This document shows, piece after piece, positions 31,982-43,427 of a stretch of 64,000 nt of DNA. A model generated the notes under the pieces. The model did not search any database, was not told where the DNA came from, and saw only the letters and a program-made list of their open reading frames with translations. Source of the DNA: an uncultured Planctomycetaceae bacterium (GTDB taxonomy: Bacteria; Planctomycetota; Planctomycetia; Pirellulales; PALSA-1355); contig CAWAUV010000007.1 of the NCBI GenBank assembly GCA_963785305.1, positions 1,280,001-1,344,000 of the forward strand. Direction: 5' to 3'. The position numbers and the translations under genes were made by a program. The first letter of the stretch is position 1. Each line of letters opens with the position of its first letter.

Positions 31982-33785
31982 AGAATAACAAGTCATCGAG
32001 TTCCGCGCTGATCGCGACAACGGCCGCGCCGTCGCCGGCGGCGATCGCGTCGTCGAGGTCCTGGCAGAGCGACTCCAAATCCAGGGCGTCTTGATCTTCG
32101 ATCGAGGATTTCAGCTTCTTGGCTTTCTCGAGCAGAGCGAGCGCTTCGGGAAATTCCTCGGCCAGCGACCGCGACGCATCGGCGTCGGAACTGTCCGACG
32201 CTGAGTCCATCGCGCGCCATTCCTTGAGCGACGCGAGCTCTTCCTCGTCGACGAGCTCGTCGGAACCCTCGAACATGGCCGCCAGGCGCGATTCCGCGCG
32301 ACTTCGTTCCTCGGCTTGAAATCGACTAAGAGCATTGTCGACGACCAGTTCGCGGCTGATGCCCGTCGCCGGTTGCGTCGCCGTGACCTTGAGGGTGCCA
32401 TCCAAGGTGAGGTCGAAGCGGACCACGATCTTGCTCCGCTCGCCACCACCGGTTTTCAGATGGAGTTTGAACTTGCCGATGGACTGATTGCGATGCGGCT
32501 CCGGTCGCTCTCCCTGGAGCACATGAATCTCGGCGACTTCCTGATCGTCGTACATCGTCGAATAAGCCTGCTCGTAGCGCGCCGGCAGTGGCGTGTTGCG
32601 ATGTATGATCGGAGAGAAGACCAATTGCGGGCCGTTGAAACTCATGCCGACACAGGCTTCGATTCCGAGCGTGTGTCCGGTGACATCGACCAACACCGGC
32701 CCCACGGACCGACCGTCGATCATGGCCGCCTGCACGGCGGCGCCAAGGGCGACCGCCAGGTCGGGGTCGACCGCGCGGCTCGGTTCGCGCTGAAATTCAT
32801 CGCGCAGCCGCTCCTCGACGAGCGGAATGCGGGTCGAGCCGCCGACCAGCACCAAGTCGTCGATCTGATGAATGGTCAACTTCGCGTCGCGCAGCGCCGC
32901 ATCGACACTCTGGATCGTGCGGGCCACGAACGGTTCGATCATCTGCTCGAACTCGCGCCGCGTGATGGTTGCTTTGAGATGCAGCGGGCGACCCTCCTTC
33001 TCGGCGATGAACTCTTCCACGATCTCGACCGTCTCGTCGGTCGATAGCCGCCGCTTGGCCTGCTCGCAAGACTGCAAGAGGCGAAAGCGAGCCTGGGCAT
33101 TCTCGCGCAGGTCCAGGCCGTGTTCCGTCTGGAACTGCTCGGCCACCTGGTCGAGCAGCGCCTGATCGAGATCGTCGCCGCCCAAGTGAACATCGCCGTG
33201 GCTGCTGAGCACTTCGACGACTCCCGCTTCCATGCGCACGATCGAGACATCGAAGGTTCCGCCGCCGAAATCGTAGACCGCGATTTGCTTGCGATCGTGC
33301 GAGGCGGCGTGATACACGAGGGTCGCGGCCGTGGGCTCGTTGATGATGCGCTCGACCGTGAGTCCCGCGAGCGCGGCGGCTTCGCGTGTCGCTTGGCGCT
33401 GGTTTTCGTCGAAGAAGGCGGGCACCGTGATCACGGCCCGATTCACCGGCTGCCCGATCGCGCGACTGGCGCGGTCGCGCAGCTTGCGGAGAATCATCGC
33501 GCTGATTTCCGGCGGCGTGAAGGTCTGATCGCCCAGCGGCACGGGCTCCAGATTGCCCATGTGGCGCTTAATCGACGCCACGGTGCGTTCGGGGAAGGCC
33601 GCCAATTGGTTCTTCGCGGCAATGCCGGTGACGAGTTGCCCTTGCGGATTGATTCCGACCACCGACGGCAACAAGCTCTCGCCCGCGTCGTCGAGCACCC
33701 GCGGTCGGCCATCCTCGACATAAGCCACCACGCTGTTGGTCGTTCCCAAATCGATCCCGACGATAGGTCCTTGTTGCTCCGTCAT
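31971..33785 (-). CDS. Hsp70-family chaperone (non-canonical DnaK paralogue)
   Basis: GIDLGTTNS, VITVPAFF, INEPTAA, YDFGGGTFDVS, LGGDD, LVGGSTRIP, DPDLAVALGAA. Confidence 0.93.
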   Translation of the reverse strand: MTEQQGPIVGIDLGTTNSVVAYVEDGRPRVLDDAGESLLPSVVGINPQGQLVTGIAAKNQLAAFPERTVASIKRHMGNLEPVPLGDQTFTPPEISAMILRKLRDRASRAIGQPVNRAVITVPAFFDENQRQATREAAALAGLTVERIINEPTAATLVYHAASHDRKQIAVYDFGGGTFDVSIVRMEAGVVEVLSSHGDVHLGGDDLDQALLDQVAEQFQTEHGLDLRENAQARFRLLQSCEQAKRRLSTDETVEIVEEFIAEKEGRPLHLKATITRREFEQMIEPFVARTIQSVDAALRDAKLTIHQIDDLVLVGGSTRIPLVEERLRDEFQREPSRAVDPDLAVALGAAVQAAMIDGRSVGPVLVDVTGHTLGIEACVGMSFNGPQLVFSPIIHRNTPLPARYEQAYSTMYDDQEVAEIHVLQGERPEPHRNQSIGKFKLHLKTGGGERSKIVVRFDLTLDGTLKVTATQPATGISRELVVDNALSRFQAEERSRAESRLAAMFEGSDELVDEEELASLKEWRAMDSASDSSDADASRSLAEEFPEALALLEKAKKLKSSIEDQDALDLESLCQDLDDAIAAGDGAAVVAISAELDDLLFYVR

Positions 33786-33857
33786 TTCATATTCCTTGAT
33801 ATGGGCCGCGATGATTCCCGAGATTTGCGCCGATGGCAGCGAGGAGGGTCCGATGTA

Positions 33858-34573
33858 TCAACTCGCCACGCGCACATCGGCAAAACGAAGTAGTTGGCCC
33901 TGCCAACGATAGGCGGGCGAAAATTGTTCGGCGACATGTCCCGCCGGGCAATCCGTCGAGGCGATGCTCCCCACGGCGCGCATCAACTCCGCGTCGAACG
34001 GCCGGCCCAGAACATCCAGACGCTCGATCGCCTGATCTTGTATCATGCGGCGCAACCGCGCGAGCATCAAGTTCAAGCCTTCGATCGCCGGGTGGTCGGC
34101 GCCTGATTCGGAGGCGCCTTGCGCTCGATGATAAAAGCCAGCAGCGGCCGAGCCAACCGGCGGGCCAGCCAAGACATCTGATCGAAGCGCTGCACGATGG
34201 CTTGGGTGGCGCCCTGCTCGCGAAGGCGACGATTCGTTTCCCACTCGGTGATCGCCGACACGGCGCGGGAAAGCTGATGTTCCGTCTCGACGAGGAGCAG
34301 GGCCAGTGGCTTGGCCTTGGCGGCGTCGTCGGCGCGGCTCTTGGCGACACTGGTAAGTATTTTGGCTTCGAGCGACTGAAACGCCGCGACCGCCGCGCCG
34401 ATTTGCGCGGAGAGTTCGCGACTTTCTTTCGTTTGCCCCCGCCATTCATGCCGCATCGCGGTGAACGCCTCGACGATATCCAAGGCGCCGAATTGGGGAC
34501 CTTCGTCCGGCGGAACGGCGTCATCCCAGCTCGGCGCCTGGGAAGAATCTTGTGGAAAAATGGATTCGCTCAT
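33858..34573 (-). CDS. GrpE-like nucleotide exchange factor, frameshift near 34115
   Basis: Coiled-coil N-terminus. C-terminus EGLNLM...LDVLGRPFDAELMRAV...GHVAEQFSPAYRWQGQLLRFADVRVA. Confidence 0.8.
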
Positions 34574-34647
34574 GCAACGGAAGAGGCTTTCTGATTCGCG
34601 GACTTGTCGAGCGCGGCGACACTCGTGCGCCGAACTTGGATCGTGGT

Positions 34648-34990
34648 TTACTCGGATGCTCGAGGCGCCGCCTCGCCGCGGGGCGACCGATTGCCCAGGC
34701 TGATGACAAACGAGGCGGACATGCGAGGCGGATTCTTCTTTTGTGCCTCGATCGCGTCGGTCCATTGCGGAACCACGTCGTCGGGAGGCGGCGCGAGCAA
34801 TCGTCTCGCGATCGAAAACCGATCCTTGGTCGCATCGAACGCCGCCCGAATCTCGCGGAACTTTTCGGGCTCGCGTTCCGGTGGAAATTGCTTCACCAAC
34901 TCGAGGTACCGGGCGGCGGACTTCCGACTCGTCGGCGTCTGGCGACACCCCAAGTGTTTTGAACGGATCGGCGGCCGTGGAAAGATTCAT
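34648..34990 (-). CDS. J-domain-like protein with PPE in place of HPD, frameshift near 34915
   Basis: DPFKTLGVSPDADESEVR / ARYLELVKQFPPEREPEKFREIRAAFD. Confidence 0.8.
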
Positions 34991-35006
34991 GCGTGGATCC
35001 CCGATG

Positions 35007-37381
35007 TCAAAATAACGTTCTTTCGGGCGGCCGAGCTCGCTCCGCGGCGCGTTGCTTGGCGGCTCGGCACTTGGGGCAGTCGCATTCCGTGTCGTCGTCG
35101 GCGTCGCGATCGCCGCCGCCGCTCCCGCCGAAGAAATTCGCGAAACCCGAAAAAGAGGACTTCAATTTCTCTTTTTCGACCGCTTCGTCCAGGCGATCGG
35201 CCAATTCCTTGAACCAGTAGCGGTAATAAGCGTCGCGTTGCGATTGGGCGGCCTCGCGCAGCAGTGTGCCCAGATGTTGGTGTTTCCGATAGCCGAAGAA
35301 ATAGGACTGCCCGAGGATCGCGTTTACTCGGGCCGCCGCGATAATGGGATGACTCGCGAAGGAGGCACGAGAGAAGAAAGGCGGAAATTTGATATCGCTG
35401 CCATTCGGCCAATACCGATGCCTGCGCCTCCCCACAGAACCGCTTTTTGGAGCCGTTCGTTATCGATGGCTTGCGGGGTCAGCACATCCGTGGGCCTCAA
35501 GCGTTTAAACAAAGCGCGCCCGATCAAGCTTCCGTGCATGCGGTATGCGGGATACGAAAGCTGCGCCGATGCAGATCCCAAAAGAACCGGCCCGCCTCGA
35601 GCAAGTCTTCGACGGGTATGCGACCGAGTTGCTGGATGCCGCGATCCACCGCGGCGCGGAGCGGCTTGAGATCGTCGGCCGCGACTCGCATTTGTTGCGC
35701 GGCCCCGAGCATCATGCACGCATCCGCCAGCGATTCCCGCTCGAGACCCGATTCTTGGCAAATTCGCGCGCGTGCTTCTTCATACGCGTCTTTCTGGCCG
35801 CCGCGCAGTTGCCAAGCGGCTCGCAAATACGGCAGCCACTGCTTCGGCAACCAATCGGGCCACAAGGTCTCGGCATCATTCAAGCGGTCGGGAACTTCCG
35901 CCAGCCGCGCCTTTCGGCGGCAAAGCCACATGGCCTCGAGCAATTTCCATTTCCAGGGAGTCGCGCGCACGCGCGGGTCTTCGTGCCGCGACGCGGCCAG
36001 AAATTCGACATGGGGACGCGCCGCCTCTAACTGCTCGCTTTCAAGCAAATGGTCGACCAACCACAATCGCGGCTCGATCTCCTCCGGTATCGCGCGCGAC
36101 CAACCCTCCATGAGCTGCGCTAATTCTTGTTCGAGCGAAGCGCGTTCTGGTTTCGCCAGCCGGTCATTTTCCAAATGGGCTTCGAGCCATTTTACGTGCG
36201 TCTGGTAGGTCAAACCATTGCCAGGGTCCGCCTGCACGGAAGCCAAGAGATGCTTTCGGACCGCCGCTGTGTTCTCGCGCGGCGCGAACAGTTGCTCAAT
36301 GCCGCCCATGCTGCCCGGGAGATTCATCAAGCTCACCGCTTCGTTGAGATGAGCCCGGCTCAAGATCGCGTTGCGGAGCGGCGCGGGGAGCACTTTGTTC
36401 TCGGGAAGATCGCGAGTTAAATATTCGGACAACGACCGCCTAGCCTTGCGTTCGGCGGCCGGGTCATTCGCGAAATTGCCATAGTAGAAAAAGGTGAGCA
36501 TCCGGCTTCGGCGATCGTGCCGCGGCCCAGGAAACAAGCGAACGGCATCGTCGAAAATATCGGAGTATTTTTGAGCGTAGGCTCGCTCGCGCGGTCTGCG
36601 CCAGCGCGGCGACCAACTCGGGCTCGGTCTTCTCGTACTCCGCGACAAACCGCCGCAAGAACTGCAATTTCTTCGGCCCCAAATGCGTATCGTCGAATTC
36701 CTCGGGAACGCGCAGGCCGGCCTCGGCGGCGCGAATCGCGGCCCGATCAAAACGCACGCGCCGCAGCAACTTGGCATGATACAACTGCTGGTCGTCCCAA
36801 TCCGTCCACGGCGAAGCATCGGGCTCCGCGGCTGGCGCCTCATTTTGCCGCGGGGTAGCGGTTTCCAGATCGGTCCGCAAAGCGAGCATCATTGCGGTTG
36901 CGATTCGTCCGGGCCGGCGATCGGCATTCAGCCGCTTCCAGGCGTCGCTTGCTGCTTGGGTATTTTCCGCGAGCCAATCGATCAATCCGCGGAGGAACAA
37001 TCGCCATTCGCTGAGCGGACTGCCGCGGGAAATCATCGAAACGCGTTTGACCGCGTCGTCGCCGCGCGACGCCAGGGCATCGTCGAGCGCGCTGCGAACG
37101 GCCATGACCTGCTGGGCGACATCCGGTTCCAGTCGAGCCAGAACGTTGTCATCGAAGACCGCGACATCTTCGGGCAACTCGCCCTGCCAAGCGTTTGGAA
37201 TCTGCTCCGCCAGCCGCTGGCGATGGCGGGCATTGCTGGCCAAGGGAATCTCGCCGGGCTGTACAACGATCCGCGGTCCCGAGAGCGCTTGGTCTCGCTT
37301 CTTCCGCTTTTCCTGGCGTTTGCGCTTTTCGACCCGCTTGCGCGCGTGCTGTTCTTTCTTTCGCTGTGCTTTGCTTCCCAT
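35007..37381 (-). CDS. Large helical (TPR-like) hypothetical protein, several frameshifts
   Basis: Consecutive ORFs 36464-37426, 35524-36843, 35324-35761 and 35007-35435 tile the strand. Basic N-terminus and C-terminal CDCPKC. Confidence 0.6.
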
Positions 37382-37627
37382 GGCCGGAATCCATTCGCTT
37401 TTTTTGTTCGGAGAGTTGCAGCCCAACGGGCCCCGCCAGCACAGACAAGCGCGCCCCTGCTTTTCGCATTATGATGAATCGGCTTCGCAATGGAAAGCCT
37501 CTGGCCAAATCGAAAAAGCAGGCGCTGCCAGCGTCGGCGTCGCGGCGCCCTCGCCGTCGCGCGAGGCTTGCGGCGCGAGGCGAACGAACGAGCGATCGTC
37601 CGTCAAGTGAAGACGAAGTTCAGGCGC

Positions 37628-38192
37628 TTATTGAGTCTCGACTGCCAACCAGCCTACCGGCTTCCGGCCGCGCGTCGGCGCCATAAAACAACTCGCCTTG
37701 TCGGGCGCGGCTTGCGAGCGTTCCCAAGCGAGAAGCCATTCTTTGTTTTCGAGGCCACTAGCGTAGCCGGTCAGCTTGCCGTTGGACCCGATTACCCGAT
37801 GGCAAGGCACGATGATCGCAATCGGGTTGCAATGGTTCGCGCCGCCGACGGCCCGCGAGGCCTTCGGAGGCGCCAATGCGCCGGGCCAGCTCGGCATAGC
37901 TGATCGTCGCGCCAAAAGGAATCCTAATGAGCTCTCGCCATACGCGCTGCTGAAACAATGTGCCGGCTGGCTTGAGCGGCAAATCAAATTGCCGCCGGGC
38001 GCCCGCGAAATACTCGACAAGCTGCTCGCGCACGGCGGCGAATCGAGCGTCGTCCTGGCGCCACGATGCATCGGTGCCTCGCGAGCCGTTCTTCGGCGGC
38101 AAATAGAGGCCGGTTAGATGCTCTCCGTCGCCCCGGACAACGAGCCGCCCGAGCGGCGACGCCACGTAACTATAAAAAGTAGTTGCATTCAT
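37628..38192 (-). CDS. ogt: Methylated-DNA-protein-cysteine methyltransferase, frameshift near 37862
   Basis: [48 protein letters not shown]. Confidence 0.92.
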
Positions 38193-38479
38193 CTGTCGCG
38201 ACTCCGCAACGCGTCGAGGTTCTATTGAATCTGGCCCGAGTGGCGAAATCTTTCCGCTAACATATTCGCCATTTCCAAATCCGAGCGATTTTCCATGCCC
38301 GTCGTTGGTTGAATTCTTCTAAATGCGCCGGGCCGATGCAATGCCCGCATTGCATTCTATTCCGTCGTCCACGGTCCGATACCGGGCCGTTTCGCAAGCC
38401 CGACGCCAATCGACGCCGGATCGGCGCCTCCAACCGCCCCGGTCGGGGCCGACGCGCCGCCGCCCGCTGAAAAAGTTTT

Positions 38480-38507
38480 TTGCCCCTGCGAGCGAGGTTT
38501 CGTCGCT
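38480..38507 (+). promoter_or_regulatory. Candidate ECF-type promoter motif, site 1 (upstream of TPR-CHAT 1)
   Basis: TTGCCCC-tgcgagcgaggt-TTCGTCGCT. Confidence 0.55.
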
Positions 38508-38727
38508 GGTAACGCTAGGCCGCCTGCGGAAACGTGGCAGACCGCAGGTTGCTTTGGGGTTGTACGCGGCGCGATACAATGCCTGCTCGGGAATTGGCCC
38601 CCATGAAGCTTGGCGGGTTCGAGGAACGGGCATCGCCATGGTTCCGTCGCCCAGTGAATCTGCCGGAGGATTCAAGGGGATTTCAACCGGGGGCGACTTG
38701 CAGCGAGCCGCCGCCGAGGAGGACATC

Positions 38728-41528
38728 ATGTTCATGAACACGACGCGCGCGCTTTCCCTGGTTTCGGGCACTGTTTTCTTGATGTTGGGCCTTCAATGTC
38801 TCGCTGTGGCGGAAGAGCCGCAAGTAATTCAGGCCGTAATCGAACGCGGCGACGCGCTCGCGCTCCGCGGCGAATTTCCAGCAGCGCTCGAGCAGTACGA
38901 CCGGGCTTATCAAATGTCGGTCCGCACCTTTGGGGCCGGCGATGAAGTCTGCTACGCGATTCTGGACAACATCGGCGCCACCTATGTGCAAATGGGCGAT
39001 TATGGTCGAGCCGAGCCGATGATCGAGCGGGGTATTAAGTATCGCGAAACCACTTTTGGGCCGAACGACGCGGATCTCGCGGGAATGCTGCAAAACCTGG
39101 CGGTGGTTTACAAGAACACCAATCGCGAGATCGCGGCGGAATCACTCTTGCTGCGGAGCCTACGAATTTGCCAAGCCACGCGCGGCGCCAACGACCTCTC
39201 GGCGGCCTTGATTCTCAACAATCTGGGAACGCTCTACGAAAACCTGGGGCAATTCGCCAAGGGCGAGGCCGTGCTCGCTTGGAGCCTGAGCATTCGTGAA
39301 TCCGCGCTCGGCGCCAACCATCCGCTCGTGGCGCAAACTCTCTTAAACCTCGGCAATCAGCGAGTGCGCACGCGGAAGTTCCAACAGGCGGAAGCCGATT
39401 ATCAGCGCGCTTACAAGATTTACGAGGCAAACGCCAACGATGCCGCGCTCGAACTTCCCAACCTACTTCTGAGCATGGCGCGGGTCTATTTTTACACGAA
39501 TCGCATTGAGCTCGCGATCTCGACCATGGAGCGGAGTGCAAAAGCCTCCGAAGCCGTGTTCGGCGCCGACAATCCGAAGACGGCGATGGCTCTGCACCAC
39601 TTGGGCGTGATGACCCTGAAGACCCACGACTACGCCAGGGGCGAATCGCTGCTCACTCGCGCTCTCAAAGTGCAACAAGCGAACTTCGGAACGGATTCGC
39701 CCATCGCCGGACGCACGATCGCGGACATGGCTTGCATCGCCTGGGCCAAAAACGACCTCGAACAAGCGGTTGAAAACTTCGACCGTGCCCGGCGAATCAC
39801 GCGGCGCTATGAAGCCACGGTGATGACCGGACTGGGCGAACCGCAGCAGCTTCAATTCCTGGCTTTGGATCAATTCGACTTCGACATGGCCCTCTCGGTA
39901 GCCGCCCGCCAGCCGAGCGCGGTGACGTATGCTTGGCTCCTGAATCGGAAGGCGATCGTGCAGCAGATTTTGGCCGAGCGAGCGCTGCTCGGCGCAATAG
40001 CACTGATCCCGCCATGGCCGGCGCCGTGAAAGAACTGGCGGCGCTTCGGAAGCAATTGGCCGAGCTCAGCCTCACGGTTCCCACCCCGACCAATGCCGCG
40101 GCCCATCAGAAAAAACTCGGCGAGCTGATTTTTCTGGAGCAAGAGCAGACTCGGCAAATCAACCTGCATGCCGGCCGCTCGTCGCTGGCCGGCGAATGGA
40201 CGGACGCCAAGGCGGTGCGCGAGGCGCTGGCCGCCGACGCGCTACTGATCGATATCGTGCGCCACGAGCCCCATGACATTAGCCACTATATGGAAGAAGG
40301 TGGCATGCTGCCGGCTCGCTACTTGGCCTGGATCATTCCGCCGGCCGGGGCGGGCGAGATTCGCATCGTCGATCTGGGCGAGGCTTCGGCCATCGACGAC
40401 GAGATCACCAAAGCGCGCACCGCGCTTGAAAAGACCGCGCTAGGCATCAAAAAGCCCGACGACGAGCACGACGCCGAGCAAAAAGCCCTCGCGCCGCTGG
40501 GCGCCTTGGCGAAGCTGCTGCTCGACCCGCTGAAACCACATTTGGCCAACGTCAAACAACTCGTGCTCAGCCCCGACTCGACCCTGTGGCTGGCGCCCTG
40601 GGCGGCCCTGCCGGTCGACGATGAGCAATACGTCGTCGAACGCTGGCAGATTCGCTTTGTCACCAGCGGCCGAGACCTGGCGACCGAACAGGCCGCGGCC
40701 CAGGAAGCAACCACGAATCTAACCAATCCCTGCGTGTTCGCCGACCCCGACTATGATCTCGATGGCCAGCGCACCATCGCCGCCACGCGGGCCGTCGCCC
40801 GGGGCAAGGAAAACCAAGTCGCGATGCGGGGCTTGGCTCGCTCGTCGAGCGGTTTGCCCAGGGCGCCGCGACTGCCCGGCACGGCGCTCGAGGCGGACTT
40901 GATCGCGCCGGCCCTTGAAGCCTATGCGCACGCCAAGCCGATGGTATACAAGGACCAGTATGCCCTCGAGGGAGTCATCAAGCTGGTACACTCGCCGCGC
41001 ATGCTTTCGCTGAGCACCCACGGCTACTATTTGCCGGACCAGGAGGCCGCGCGGCGCGACGCGCTGGGCGAGGCGAGCGGCGCGTCGTCGGGCGGTTCAT
41101 TCGAAAACCCGCTCCTTCGCTGCGGCTTGCTGCTCGCGGGCTGCAACCAGCGGCAGACGAATCCGAATTTCGATGACGGTGTGCTTACCGGCATGGAGAT
41201 CGTGAGCTGCGATCTGCGCGGGGCCGAGCTCGTGGTGCTGAGCGCCTGCCAGACCGGCCTGGGCGATGTGCGCAACGGCGAAGGCGTCGCCGGGCTGCGG
41301 CAAGCGTTTCAGTTGGCCGGAGCGCGGGCCGTGGTTTCGACACTCTGGCGGATTCCCGACACCGAGTCGGCCAAACTGATGGGTGATTTTTTCAACAACT
41401 TGGCGGCCGGCCAGCCGAAAGTCGCGGCCCTGGCCAACGCCCAACTCGCGGCGATCAAGGCGCACCGGCAGACGCGCGAGGCCGCCCACCCTTATTTTTG
41501 GGCGGCGTTTACCGTCACTGGAAACTGA
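38728..41528 (+). CDS. Exported TPR-CHAT protease 1, frameshift near 39990
   Basis: RBS GAGGAGG, signal-peptide-like leader, 42-aa-type TPRs. CHAT dyad motifs LSLSTHGYY and VVLSACQTG. Ends HPYFWAAF. Confidence 0.9.
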
Positions 41529-41572
41529 ACACAACATCCGAGTACTCATACGCGCTTAATGAAGTCCTACCC

Positions 41573-43312
41573 ATGTCGCGTCCGATCGCATTCAAACGCT
41601 TGTTCCGAACCGCGGCCGTCTTATTTCAGATCGCCGCGCTTTGCTGCGGGTCTGCCTACGGTCTTTGCACCCGCCGGCGGTGGCCGCCGACGACGCCGAT
41701 CCCAAAGCCGGCGAGCCCTGGGCGCTGCTCGTCGGCTGCGAGCAATATCATCGGGCCAACAAGCTTCGCCACACCGTCAGCGACGCCGATCAATTGGCCG
41801 GCACGCTTCACGCCTGGGGCGGCTATGGCAAGGACCACATCCTCGAAATGTCCGACCGAGCGGACAACGAACGCCTGAAACCGCTCAAGACCAACCTACA
41901 AGCCGAACTGCCCAGGTTTCTGCGCAAGCCCGGCCCGGGCGATGTGCTGATCGTCTATTTCTCCGGCCACGGCTTCCGCGACGCCGAGGGCAAGATGTTT
42001 CTGGCCCCGCTCGATGTCGATCCCGAGAAGCCGGCCGAGACGGGCATTCCCGTCGAATGGTTTCGCCGGCAGATCGCCGCCTGCCCGGCGGCGTTCAAGC
42101 TGCTGATCATCGACGCCTGCCACGCTGGCAGCGAGAAGGGCGACGACAAAGCCGCCGGCGTGCCCTCGAAGGATTTGGGCGAGCTGTACAAGGACCTCGA
42201 CAAGGTAGTCACGCTCGCCAGCAGCACGGCCGACCAAAAGAGCCAAATCTGGGAAGACAAACAGCAATCGCTCTTCAGCTATTGGCTCAACCAGGGGCTG
42301 CGCGGCCACGCCAATTACGACGGCGACGGGGCCGTGGACATCGATGAGCTTTATAAATACGTCTCGCGCACCGTGAGCCAAACCGCCGAACGGCGACTTC
42401 TCGCGGCCGCAAACGTCCGTGCGGATCGTGCGCTCCGGAGTGCGCGACGTGCCGGTGCTGGTCCACTTGCAGCCGCAGCGGCTCAAGAGCGTGCTGGCCG
42501 ACATGGCGGAGCAAATGGCCGACGCCCTGGACGATCACAAAGCCACGGTGGGCGGCTCGGCGCGGATCACCGCATCGGAATGGGCCATGTTCGGCCATAG
42601 CGCGGTCGTGCGGCCCGAGGACCAGCCGGCGCCGACGTCGGCCACGCAAGCTCGGCCGGCCTCGATGCAAGTCATCCATCGGCTGGACGAAGCCGCGACG
42701 AGCGACCATCCGCTCAAGAGCCCGGCCACGCCGTTCCGCGTGCGGTTCCTGGTCGGGGGCAAGGAACGCAAGGGCGAATTTCGCGGCAACGATCTGCTGG
42801 TTCCGCTCAACCAAGGCGAAGTGTACCAGATCGAAGTCGAGAATCGCACCGGCCGCCCGGCCGTGATGCGACTGTTGGTCGATGGGCTCAACACGCTGCC
42901 CGAGAAGATGAAGGACAAAAGCGTCATGACGCTGGAAGTGGCGCCGCGGGTGAACCTGGCCGAGGCGCGGCCGTGGGTGCTCGACGCCCGCGGCGGGACC
43001 AAGAACATCGTCGTCGGCTTCGCCACGGAAACGGGCGATCAAGGCAAGCTGCGCGAGTTCGACGTCGTCGAGGCCGATAAGTCGCTGGCGGCGCGTAAGC
43101 AGTTCACCGAGCAGATCGGACTGATCACGGCGGCGTTTGATGAACCGGCGGCGGAGCGTTTGGCGAGCTCGCTTAACCCAGGCTCCGGCACCGACCTGGG
43201 CCAAGAAGTCACGGCCGACCTGAGCGAGCAGACAGGGGTCGGCGTGGGGAATTTGCAGTGCGTGATTAACAATCGCTATGTGTTTCCCGAGGCGTTGCGG
43301 GGCGGGCGTTAG
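41573..43312 (+). CDS. Exported caspase-like (peptidase C14) protein 1, frameshifts near 41670 and 42405
   Basis: Leader MSRPIAFKRLFRTAAVLFQIAALCCG. WALLVG, YFSGHG, IIDACHAG. EF-hand-like NYDGDGAVDIDE. Confidence 0.88.
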
Positions 43313-43427
43313 CTTTGCGGAAAAGGCGCTGGCGGGCCGCCATGTCCGCGAGGCAACATGGGGCGCGGCGAGGTGGGGCGATTGTGACAGGGGCTTTGAA
43401 ACAAGATCGAGAACAGGAGGCGCTGCG

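Noticed and set aside
31971..33785. Housekeeping dnaK
   Set aside because: Divergent substrate-binding region and atypical partners (PPE J-like, zinc ribbon), so no symbol was assigned.
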